Of a stretch of 64,000 bases of DNA, positions 21,078-29,421 are shown piece after piece. The stretch is from Thermoanaerobaculia bacterium (GTDB taxonomy: Bacteria; Acidobacteriota; Thermoanaerobaculia; Multivoradales; Multivoraceae): contig OY761158.1 of NCBI GenBank assembly GCA_963664405.1, forward strand, positions 2,304,001-2,368,000, given 5' to 3'. Made by a program: the position numbers and the translations under genes. The notes below the pieces were generated by a model, which saw only the letters and a list, made by a program, of their open reading frames with translations, had not been told where the DNA came from and searched no databases. How positions within the stretch are numbered: the stretch's first letter is position 1; each line of letters starts with the position of its first letter.

Positions 21078-22679
21078 ATGATCACAGAAAGCTATGTGCC
21101 GGCCGACACCGACTCACCGGTGCTCGCAACGACGGTTGGATCCGTGCTTCGCCATTCGGCTTCCGACACACCGGACGGCCTGGCTCTCGTCGAAGGCGTC
21201 GCAGATCCTCAGGCCCGGCGACGCTGGACCTTCAGCGAGCTCCTCAGCGACTCGGAAGAGGTGGCTCGCGCCCTCGTGGGTCGCTTCGACAAAGGAGAGC
21301 GAGTAGCGGTGTGGGCCCCCAACCTCCCGGAGTGGGTGCTGCTGGAGTTCGGGGCCGGGCTCGCCGGTGTCGTTCTGGTGACGGTGAACCCGGCATACCA
21401 GCCCCAAGAGCTGGCCTACGTGCTGCGACAGTCCAAGGCCTCTGGCATCTTCTACCTGCCGAGCTCTCGCGGCAACCCGATGGAGGCCTCTCTTCGAGAA
21501 GTCGCCCCGGAGCTTCCGCATCTTCGTGAGTCGATCTCGTTCGACGAGTGGTCCGCGTTCCTCGACTCGGGTGACCCCAACGCTCAGCTGCCCGAAGTGT
21601 CCCCGGACGACCCGGTCCAGATCCAGTACACCTCCGGTACGACCGGGTTCCCGAAGGGGGCGCTTCTTCACCACCGCGGAATCACCAACAACGCACGCTT
21701 CACGGCCGAGCGCCTCCAACTCAAAAAAGGGGGCTGCTACGTCAACCCGATGCCGCTCTTCCACACCGGCGGATGCGTGCTCGGTGTTCTCGGCCCGGCG
21801 CAGCTGCAGGCCGCTCACATATGCCTACACCAGTTCGATCCGGGTCTGATGCTCGAGCTCTGCGAGGTCGAGAAGGCAACGCACATGCTCGGAGTCCCCA
21901 CCATGCTCATCGCCGTGATGGAGCATCCCGACTTCGGCACGCGCGATCTGCACCGGCTGACTACCGTCTCCTCCGGCGGGGCCACCGTGCCCGCCGAGCT
22001 GGTGAGACGCATCGAAGAAACGCTGCACGTTCAGTTCTCGATCGTCTACGGCCAGACCGAGGCATCGCCATGCATCACGGTGATGAAGCCGGACGACGAC
22101 CCTCACGACAAGGCGACGACTCTCGGCCCCGCGCTCCCCCAGACCGAGATCAAAGTTGTCGACCCCGAGACCGGCGCCACGGTGCCGATCGGCTCTTCCG
22201 GTGAGCTCTGCACTCGTGGGTATCTGGTCATGCTCGGATACTTCGAGATGCCGGAGAAGACGGAAGAGACCATCGACGAGGATGGATGGCTGCACACCGG
22301 GGATCTGGTCACCATGGACGAGCGCGGCTATACCACCATCACCGGTCGTCTCAAGGACATGATCATCCGTGGCGGAGAGAACATCTATCCACGTGAGATC
22401 GAAGAGGTGCTCTTCGAGCACCCCAAGGTGGCTGACGTCGCCATCGTCGGACTTCCCGACGAGAAGTGGGGTGAGATCGTCGGGGCATTTGTCCGAGATG
22501 CGAGCCCGGATGAGCCCGCCAGTGATCTAGAGCTGCATGACTATCTGCGCGAGCGCCTGGCGCCGCAAAAGACTCCCCGCGTTTGGTATCACCTCGACGA
22601 GTTTCCGCTGACCCCTTCGGGCAAGGTACAGAAGTTCGTTCTCCGAGAGAACTGGGAAAGCGGCGTCTACGAAGACTGA
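21078..22679 (+). CDS. AMP-binding acyl-CoA synthetase
   Basis: YTSGTTGFPKG, YGQTE, GWLHTGD, GRLKDMIIRGGENIYP, SGKVQK. Confidence 0.92.
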   Translation: MITESYVPADTDSPVLATTVGSVLRHSASDTPDGLALVEGVADPQARRRWTFSELLSDSEEVARALVGRFDKGERVAVWAPNLPEWVLLEFGAGLAGVVLVTVNPAYQPQELAYVLRQSKASGIFYLPSSRGNPMEASLREVAPELPHLRESISFDEWSAFLDSGDPNAQLPEVSPDDPVQIQYTSGTTGFPKGALLHHRGITNNARFTAERLQLKKGGCYVNPMPLFHTGGCVLGVLGPAQLQAAHICLHQFDPGLMLELCEVEKATHMLGVPTMLIAVMEHPDFGTRDLHRLTTVSSGGATVPAELVRRIEETLHVQFSIVYGQTEASPCITVMKPDDDPHDKATTLGPALPQTEIKVVDPETGATVPIGSSGELCTRGYLVMLGYFEMPEKTEETIDEDGWLHTGDLVTMDERGYTTITGRLKDMIIRGGENIYPREIEEVLFEHPKVADVAIVGLPDEKWGEIVGAFVRDASPDEPASDLELHDYLRERLAPQKTPRVWYHLDEFPLTPSGKVQKFVLRENWESGVYED

Positions 22680-22685
22680 GCCAGG

Positions 22686-24437
22686 ATGCAAAGGTCACGA
22701 GTGCACAAACTCCTCGACAGCGAGAAGAATCGATACACCCTCTACGGCGCTCTCTTTGGGCTCCTCTTTCCACTCGCGGCGACTTCGTTCGAGGCGGTGA
22801 GTAGCCTCGGCTCGTTCTCACTCGAGAACGCGATTGCGGTTCAATCTCAGAACGCCCTACTCTGGATCATCGACTCGGCCCCCATCTTCCTCGGTTTGTT
22901 TGCTCGTTGGATCGGTATCCGCCAGGACCGGTTGGCGCAGCAGGGAGAGATACTGAGAGGCCAGAACAAACTCTTGGTGCAGGCTGGGGAGCAGGCCACT
23001 TCTCAGCTCGGGCAACTCTGGGACAACTCGGAGGACGAGCTCTATCTCTTCCTCCCCGACACCCTGCAGATCGAACAGATAAACCAACGAGCCTTGCAAA
23101 ACCACGGGCACCCGCGAGAAGAGATGCTGCAGCGAACCCTCTTTGACCTGGCGACCGGAACCGAAAGAGAGACGCTGGAGAGCTGGCTCTCCCCCCTCCG
23201 CTACGGCGAGCAGAAACAGGTGACTTTCAAAGAGATCCATCGCCGCAAAGACGGGTCGGAATATCCGGTGGAGATGAGAGTGCAGCACTACTCAGCCGGA
23301 TCTCAACCGGTTCTGTTGGGTATGGCCCACGACATCGCCGACCGAGAACGCGAGCATCAGCGGCTCGTAGCGGAGCGACAAAAGTTGCTCGACATGTTGG
23401 AAAACCTGCCTCTTGCCTTCCACCTACAAGCGCCGGACTACAGTGTCCCCTACGCAAACAAGCTCTTTCGCGAACGCTTTCGCGCGCCAGAGAACATCCC
23501 CTGCTACTCCCTCATGCATCAGCGCGATGAGCCCTGCGAAGTCTGCTCCACCTTCCGAGTCTTCGATGGCGAGGAGAGAGTCACTTCCGAGTGGAACGCA
23601 CTGGACGGGCGGACCTACCTCACTGTGTGCACGCCCTACACCGAAATCGACGGCTCTCCATTGGTCATGGAGATGGCAATGGACATCACCGATCAGGAGA
23701 TCGCCAAGCAGCAAGCTCTGGTTGCGAGAGACCAGGCCGAAAAGGCGAACCGGGCCAAATCCGAGTTCTTGTCTCGAATGAGCCATGAACTGCGCACTCC
23801 TATGAACGCCATTCTGGGTTTCGGCCAGCTCTTGCAGATCGAAGGAGATCTCGACTCTTCTCAGAAGAAGAGGGTCGACTACATCATGACCGCCGGACAC
23901 CAGCTTCTAGAGCTCATCGACGAAGTGCTCGACCTGGCTCACGTCGATTCAGGGAAGTTGAAGCTCTCCTTGGAGGCGGTCGAGCTTGGTGGCCTGGTCG
24001 AGGAGCTGGTCTCGTTGATGCAGCCACTCGCCGACCAGAGAGAGCTCGAGCTCAGTCGCAGCGGGCCGTCGATACCGATGCACGCGTTGGTTGACCGCGG
24101 CCGGCTTCGACAAGTACTACTCAACCTCCTATCCAACGCGGTCAAATACAACAGGGAGGGAGGCAAGATCGACATTTCTTACGGGCGCAACGGAAGCAGG
24201 CGGCTCTGGGTCCAGGTAGAGGACTCGGGCATCGGCCTATCCGAGGAGCAGATGCTGGGGCTGTTCGAGCCATTCAGCCGGGTCGCAACCGATGCCGTGA
24301 AGGTGCAAGGAACCGGTATCGGGCTGTCGATCTCCAAGCAGCTCGTAGAGGAGATGGACGGGACCATTGCGGTAGACGGCACTCTCGGCTCCGGGTCTCG
24401 CTTCAGAGTCGAGCTTCCCGAAGCGCAGGCGCCTTGA
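22686..24437 (+). CDS. membrane PAS-domain sensor histidine kinase
   Basis: Two N-terminal TM segments, two PAS domains, SHELRTPMN, NLLSNAVKYN, DSGIG, GTGIGL. Confidence 0.92.
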   Translation: MQRSRVHKLLDSEKNRYTLYGALFGLLFPLAATSFEAVSSLGSFSLENAIAVQSQNALLWIIDSAPIFLGLFARWIGIRQDRLAQQGEILRGQNKLLVQAGEQATSQLGQLWDNSEDELYLFLPDTLQIEQINQRALQNHGHPREEMLQRTLFDLATGTERETLESWLSPLRYGEQKQVTFKEIHRRKDGSEYPVEMRVQHYSAGSQPVLLGMAHDIADREREHQRLVAERQKLLDMLENLPLAFHLQAPDYSVPYANKLFRERFRAPENIPCYSLMHQRDEPCEVCSTFRVFDGEERVTSEWNALDGRTYLTVCTPYTEIDGSPLVMEMAMDITDQEIAKQQALVARDQAEKANRAKSEFLSRMSHELRTPMNAILGFGQLLQIEGDLDSSQKKRVDYIMTAGHQLLELIDEVLDLAHVDSGKLKLSLEAVELGGLVEELVSLMQPLADQRELELSRSGPSIPMHALVDRGRLRQVLLNLLSNAVKYNREGGKIDISYGRNGSRRLWVQVEDSGIGLSEEQMLGLFEPFSRVATDAVKVQGTGIGLSISKQLVEEMDGTIAVDGTLGSGSRFRVELPEAQAP

Positions 24438-24438
24438 G

Positions 24439-25035
24439 ATGGCGCCTACCATTCGCCTTGCCGTCAGCGCGGATGCCGCCGCTCTCCTCGACATCTACGC
24501 CCCGGTTGTTCGATCGACTGCCATCTCATTCGAGGACGAGCCCCCGAGCTCCAAAGAGTTGGCGAAGCGAGTCGAGCGCACCCTCGAGAGCTTCCCCTGG
24601 CTCGTTTGCGAGAACGAATCCAAGATCCACGGCTACGCCTATGCCACCAAGCACCGGAGCCGAGCCGCCTACCGCTGGTGGGTAGAGACCTCCGTATATG
24701 TCGACCCCGAGGTGCGCCGTTCTGGAGTAGGCCAAGGCCTTTACCTCTCTCTCTTCGAAGTGCTCAAACTTCAGGGTTTCGTGGTCGCCCTGGCCGGGAT
24801 CACCTTGCCAAACCCGCCCAGCGTCCATCTGCACGAAGCCGTAGGCTTCGAGCCTCTGGCGGTCTACCACCAGGTCGGCTTCAAGCTCGGCGCCTGGCGT
24901 GACGTAGGCTGGTGGCAGCGCCCCCTGGCGCCGCCGCCGACCTCACCAAGCTCCCCCCTACCGCTGGCCTCCGCGGCCCAGAGCCCCGACTGGTCGAAGA
25001 GCCTCCAAACAGGCCTCGCATCGCTCCACATCTAG
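24439..25035 (+). CDS. phosphinothricin/arsinothricin-type N-acetyltransferase (GNAT; Pat/ArsN1-like)
   Basis: TAISFE, GYAYA, RAAYRW.VETSVYV, NPPSVHLHE, GFKLGAWRDVGWW. Confidence 0.85.
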   Translation: MAPTIRLAVSADAAALLDIYAPVVRSTAISFEDEPPSSKELAKRVERTLESFPWLVCENESKIHGYAYATKHRSRAAYRWWVETSVYVDPEVRRSGVGQGLYLSLFEVLKLQGFVVALAGITLPNPPSVHLHEAVGFEPLAVYHQVGFKLGAWRDVGWWQRPLAPPPTSPSSPLPLASAAQSPDWSKSLQTGLASLHI

Positions 25036-25057
25036 ACACTCGAGGGTTTTTCCTTTC

Positions 25058-25677
25058 GGCCGTCTGCGGCGCCAGGTCGTCGAAGGCTCGGGGTGGTATT
25101 CACCACTGACCCAACGCGCCGTCCGCGGCGCCATATCGACACAAGCCAGGGGCAGTGGTAGTCACAACTGCCCCAACGCGCCGTCCGCGGCGCCATGTCG
25201 ACATAAGCCAGGGGCGGTGGTATTCACCACTGCCCCAACGCGCCGTCCGCGGCGCCATGTCGACATAAGCCAGGGGCGGTGGTATTCACCACTGCCCCAA
25301 CGCGCCGTCCGCGGCGCCATGTCGACATAAGCCAGGGGCGGTGGTATTCACCACTGCCCCAATGCGCCGTCCGCGGCGCCATGTCGACATAAGCCAGGGG
25401 CGGTGGTATTCACCACTGCCCCAATGCGCCGTCCGCGGCGCCATGTCGACATAAGCCAGGGGCGGTGGTATTCACCACTGCCCCAATGCGCCGTCCGCGG
25501 CGCCATGTCGACATAAGCCAGGGGCGGTGGTATTCACCACTGCCCCAATGCGCCGTCCGCGGCGCCATGTCGACATAAGCCAGGGGCGGTGGTATTCACC
25601 ACTGCCCCAATGCGCCGTCCGCGGCGCCATGTCGACATAAGCCAGGGGCGGTGGTATTCACCACTGCCCCTGGCTTA
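25058..25677. repeat. tandem array of about 9.5 x 62-bp palindrome-rich units ending in a 40-nt hairpin
   Basis: Unit GGGGCGGTGGTATTCACCACTGCCCCAAYGCGCCGTCCGCGGCGCCATGTCGACATAAGCCA at 25087 (degenerate), 25149, 25211, 25273, 25335, 25397, 25459, 25521, 25583 and 25645 (partial). No unique spacers. Confidence 0.97.
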
Positions 25678-25766
25678 CATCTCTTACAAACTTCTTACCC
25701 TGAGATGTGGACCATGGCGGCACGACGGGTCAGAATCAATACGGGCTCAAACCAGAGGAGGGCGAG

Positions 25767-27167
25767 ATGAGATCAGGAACAAGATCCAGAGTGTCGGCAG
25801 CACGCACAGCGAGCGTCCTTGTGGGAGTCTTCCTCGCTTCGAGCGCCATCATGGGCCAACGGCCTGGAGGCGGTGGTCGCGGCGGAAGACCCGAACCGGG
25901 CCGCGCGGGCTTCGAGCGCACTGCGCCCGACATCGGTGAGTCTCTACCTGACCTCACCCTCTACCAGACCGACGGCAAAGAAGTCCGCCTGCACGAGGTG
26001 TTGAACGGGCGCTACACCGTTCTCATTCTCGGCTGTCTCACCTGACCTCCTTTTCTGAGCAAGGTCTCCCGGGTGGAGACCATCGAGCGCGACTACAGTC
26101 CCCTGGGCGTCCAGTTTCTCTACATCTACAAATCGCTCGCCCACCCCGAGCACAATGGTTATGTGACCCCCTTCAGTCTCGAAGAGCGTCTGATGCATGT
26201 GAAAGAAGCGCAGCGCACTCTGGGGTCCAGAATCCCCTGGCTGTGCGACGGCATGGAGAACGAGCTGATGAAGGCTCTCGGCGGAGTCCCGAATCCGGAG
26301 CTCGTTCTCGATCCCGAAGGCAAGGTCGTCGCCCGCCGTTCCTGGAGCGACCCCGACGCACTGCGTCGGGATCTCGAGAAATTCGTCGGCAAGGTGGAGA
26401 AGCAGACTCGAGTCGCAGATCTCGACATGAAGACCCAGCCCCCTCCGCCGACTGTAGCGAAGGGTGTGGTGCCGAGGGTCGAGCCCGGGCCGATGATTCC
26501 CGTCGTCATCACGCCCGACAGCTCAACCGAAGCACCGTTCTACGTCAAGCTGCGAGCCGAAGTCGATGCGGCTTACCTCCAGACCGGAAAGGGCAAGCTC
26601 TACCTCGGCTTCCATCTCGACCCCCTCTACCGCGTGCACTGGAACAACCAGGTGGCTCCGCTGCGTTTCGACCTCGACCTGCCGAAAGGTCTCACCGTGA
26701 CCCCGAGCTCCGCCAGCGGCCCGACCGTCGAGGCTGACGCGGATGCCGATCCGAGAGAGTTCCTGGTCGACATCGACGGCCGTCCGGGCAATGAGCCTCT
26801 CGGCCTCGACGTTTCCTACTTTGCCTGCGACGACGCTAATACCTTCTGCCTCCGCGTCGATCAGAGCTACTCGGTCGCACTCGTCCGCGACCGCACCGGC
26901 GGCAGTGCCCGCGGTCGCCGCTCGATGCCAGGAAGAGAAGGGCAAACCCGTGGCCGTGGCGGACGAGGGCAAGGCCGCGGCGGAATGACGGAACGCTTCG
27001 ACACCAACGGTGACGGGATGCTCGGATTGGATGAGATGCCCGGCCCGATGAAAGAGCGGGCGGCTCCCTTCGATCTGAACGGAGACGGCCTCCTCTCCGA
27101 GGATGAGCTCAGAAGCATGCGCCAATCGATGCCGGTCGGCGGCGGCCGCGGGCCCCGACGCGGCTGA
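25767..27167 (+). CDS. secreted deiodinase-like thioredoxin-fold selenoprotein with DsbD-N-like domain and EF-hands (UGA 26043-26045 read as Sec)
   Basis: ORFs 25707-26045 and 26073-27167 share a frame. Readthrough gives LGCLT-U-PPF followed by FLYIYKSLAHPE. GGAGG RBS before ATG 25767; hairpin after the UGA. Confidence 0.8.
26063..26081 (+). promoter_or_regulatory. putative bacterial SECIS element
   Basis: GGTCTCC-CGGGT-GGAGACC 7-bp stem starting 17 nt after the UGA, with a G-rich apical loop. Confidence 0.65.
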
Positions 27168-27299
27168 TCCGCCCTCGTCTCACACCCGCTGGGATCGAGT
27201 GGAGGGAATTCGCTTGCCTGTCGCTATCGCCCAGAAAGACGGAAGATACTGTTGCTTCGCCAAAACGGGCGATCGACTCGGCTTCTTTCCTACCTCCTC

Positions 27300-28925
27300 A
27301 TGCCCCCCGATCTCGCATCCAACTACGACTCCGTCATCGTCGGTGGCGGCCACAACGGCCTCGTAGCCGCGGCCTATCTGGCTCGCGCCGGGTTGACGAC
27401 CTGCGTCCTAGAGCGCCGGGATCGCATCGGCGGAGCCGCGGTGACCGAGGAGATCGTACCGGGGTATCGCTTCTCTCGGGCCTCCTACGTCAACAGCCTG
27501 CTACGCCCGGAGATCATCCAAGAGCTCGCACTCCGGCGACACGGGTTCGAGCTGCTGCCCCGAGATCCCTCCTCCTTCACCCCCACCCTCGATGGCCGTT
27601 CTCTCCTCCTCGGGACCGACTCGAAGAGCAACCACAAAGAAATCTCCAAATTCTCGACTCGGGATGCTGAGGCTTTCGCCGGCTACGAGGCCCTCCTCGA
27701 CCGCTGCGCCCGCTTCATCGAGCCGACCCTCGACCGGCCTCCTCCCGATCTCGAGTCCTCGAGCTGGATCGATCGATCCTCCTCCCTCATCGAGCTTTCG
27801 CGGCTGGGTCTCCGAGCCCTGAAACTCGGGCCCGATCTCCCTCGCTTCCTCGAGATTCTCACGGCGCCGGCCGCGAAGATCATCACGCGCTGGTTCGAGT
27901 CGGAACCCCTGCGCGGGACCCTCGCCACCGACGCCCTCATTGGGGCGATGGCCTCACCCTCGACCCCGGGGAGCGGCTATGTCCTCTTCCATCACATCAT
28001 GGGAGAGACCGACGGGGCCCGAGGTGTTTGGGCCTACGTGCGCGGAGGCATGGGCCAGCTCTCCGAGTCCATCGCGAGCGCCGCGAGAGCCGCGGGAGCC
28101 CAGATCATCACCGATGCCCCCGTTGCCTCGATCCGTAGCGAGGGCGGCCGGGCGCGCGGAGTCATCCTCGAGGATGGACGTGAGGTCTCTTCGCGATGCG
28201 TTCTCTCCGGTGCCGATCCGAATGTGACCTTTCGCCGACTGGTCGATCCCTCGGATCTTCCCTCCGAGTTCAACGCTCGCATGGACCAGCTCGACTACTC
28301 ATCCGCGGTCTTCAAGATCAACGTGGCAGTTGATCGGATCCCGAGCTTCTCGGTGTCACCGGGCGAAGAGCCGGGGCCCCACCACCGGGGCACGATTCAC
28401 CTCAACTCGACTCTCGAGGAGATGGAGGCAGCCTTCGCCGACGCCCAGAGGGGCGAGCCGTCGCGCGAGCCCGTAGTCGAGATGACCATCCCCTCGGTTC
28501 TCGACGACTCCCTGGCCCCCGAGGGGCACCACGTCATCTCGCTCTTCGTGCAATACGCCCCCTACCAGCTAGCAGCTGGAAGCTGGGATGATCCCGGGCG
28601 ACGGGAGGCGTTCGCCGATCGCGTATTCGCGGCCATCGAGCGACACGCTCCGGGTTTCACCGCCTCGATCGTCGGCCGCGACCTTCTCAGCCCGCTCGAC
28701 CTCGAGCGCGTCTTCGGCCTGACAGGCGGCAACATCTTTCACGGGGCAATGAGTCTCGACCAGCTCTTCTGGCTGCGCCCGGCCCGGGGCTGGGCGAGGT
28801 ACCGGACCCCGATCAGGGGCCTCTACCTCTGCGGCGCGGGCGCCCATCCCGGGGGAGGCATCATCGGAGCCCCCGGGCGCAACGCGGCCCGGCAGGTCAT
28901 CCGGGATCTACGCGGGCTGCTGTGA
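27300..28925 (+). CDS. phytoene desaturase-like FAD oxidoreductase (PYROXD2-type)
   Basis: VGGGHNGLVAAAYLA, IGGAAVTEE, GGNIFHGAM, LYLCGAGAHPGGG. Confidence 0.88.
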   Translation: MPPDLASNYDSVIVGGGHNGLVAAAYLARAGLTTCVLERRDRIGGAAVTEEIVPGYRFSRASYVNSLLRPEIIQELALRRHGFELLPRDPSSFTPTLDGRSLLLGTDSKSNHKEISKFSTRDAEAFAGYEALLDRCARFIEPTLDRPPPDLESSSWIDRSSSLIELSRLGLRALKLGPDLPRFLEILTAPAAKIITRWFESEPLRGTLATDALIGAMASPSTPGSGYVLFHHIMGETDGARGVWAYVRGGMGQLSESIASAARAAGAQIITDAPVASIRSEGGRARGVILEDGREVSSRCVLSGADPNVTFRRLVDPSDLPSEFNARMDQLDYSSAVFKINVAVDRIPSFSVSPGEEPGPHHRGTIHLNSTLEEMEAAFADAQRGEPSREPVVEMTIPSVLDDSLAPEGHHVISLFVQYAPYQLAAGSWDDPGRREAFADRVFAAIERHAPGFTASIVGRDLLSPLDLERVFGLTGGNIFHGAMSLDQLFWLRPARGWARYRTPIRGLYLCGAGAHPGGGIIGAPGRNAARQVIRDLRGLL

Positions 28926-28953
28926 GAGCACGGCGCTGAGCTAGAATCTCTAG

Positions 28954-29421
28954 ATGGCGATGAGGATCAAAGTCAACGGCCGGCGTCACCAGATCGACGC
29001 GCCGCCGAATACCCCCCTCCTCTACGTTCTCCGCAACGATCTCGAGCTCAGTGGCCCCAAGTTCGGCTGCGGCCTCGGACAATGCGGGACCTGCACAGTG
29101 CTGATCGACGGCAAGGCCGTACGCTCCTGTCAGCGACGGATCGCCGCGATACCGCCGAATGCCGAGATCGTGACCCTCGAGGGCCTCGGTACTCGCGAAA
29201 GCCCCCACCCTCTCCAGACCGCCTTCATCGAGGAGCAAGCGCTGCAATGCGGCTATTGCACCTCCGGCATGATCATGGCGGCAGCTTCTTTTCTCGCCGA
29301 CAACGACGATCCAACCGAGGCGCAGATCCGACAGGCATTGGCGGGCTACCTCTGCCGATGCGGCGCTCAAGGCCGCATCGTGCGCGCGATTCGGCGGGCC
29401 GCCGAGAAAGGGGCCGCGTGA
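28954..29421 (+). CDS. [2Fe-2S] subunit of a xanthine-oxidase-family oxidoreductase (IorA/NicA-like)
   Basis: KFGCGLGQCGTCTV, QCGYC, LCRC. Confidence 0.92.
   Translation: MAMRIKVNGRRHQIDAPPNTPLLYVLRNDLELSGPKFGCGLGQCGTCTVLIDGKAVRSCQRRIAAIPPNAEIVTLEGLGTRESPHPLQTAFIEEQALQCGYCTSGMIMAAASFLADNDDPTEAQIRQALAGYLCRCGAQGRIVRAIRRAAEKGAA

Noticed and set aside
25058-25677. CRISPR array
   Set aside because: Units are identical end to end, with no unique spacers and no cas genes in the window.
29082-29417. N-terminal extension of the 847-aa Mo-subunit ORF
   Set aside because: It overlaps the 2Fe-2S gene; the Tat signal begins at GTG 29418.
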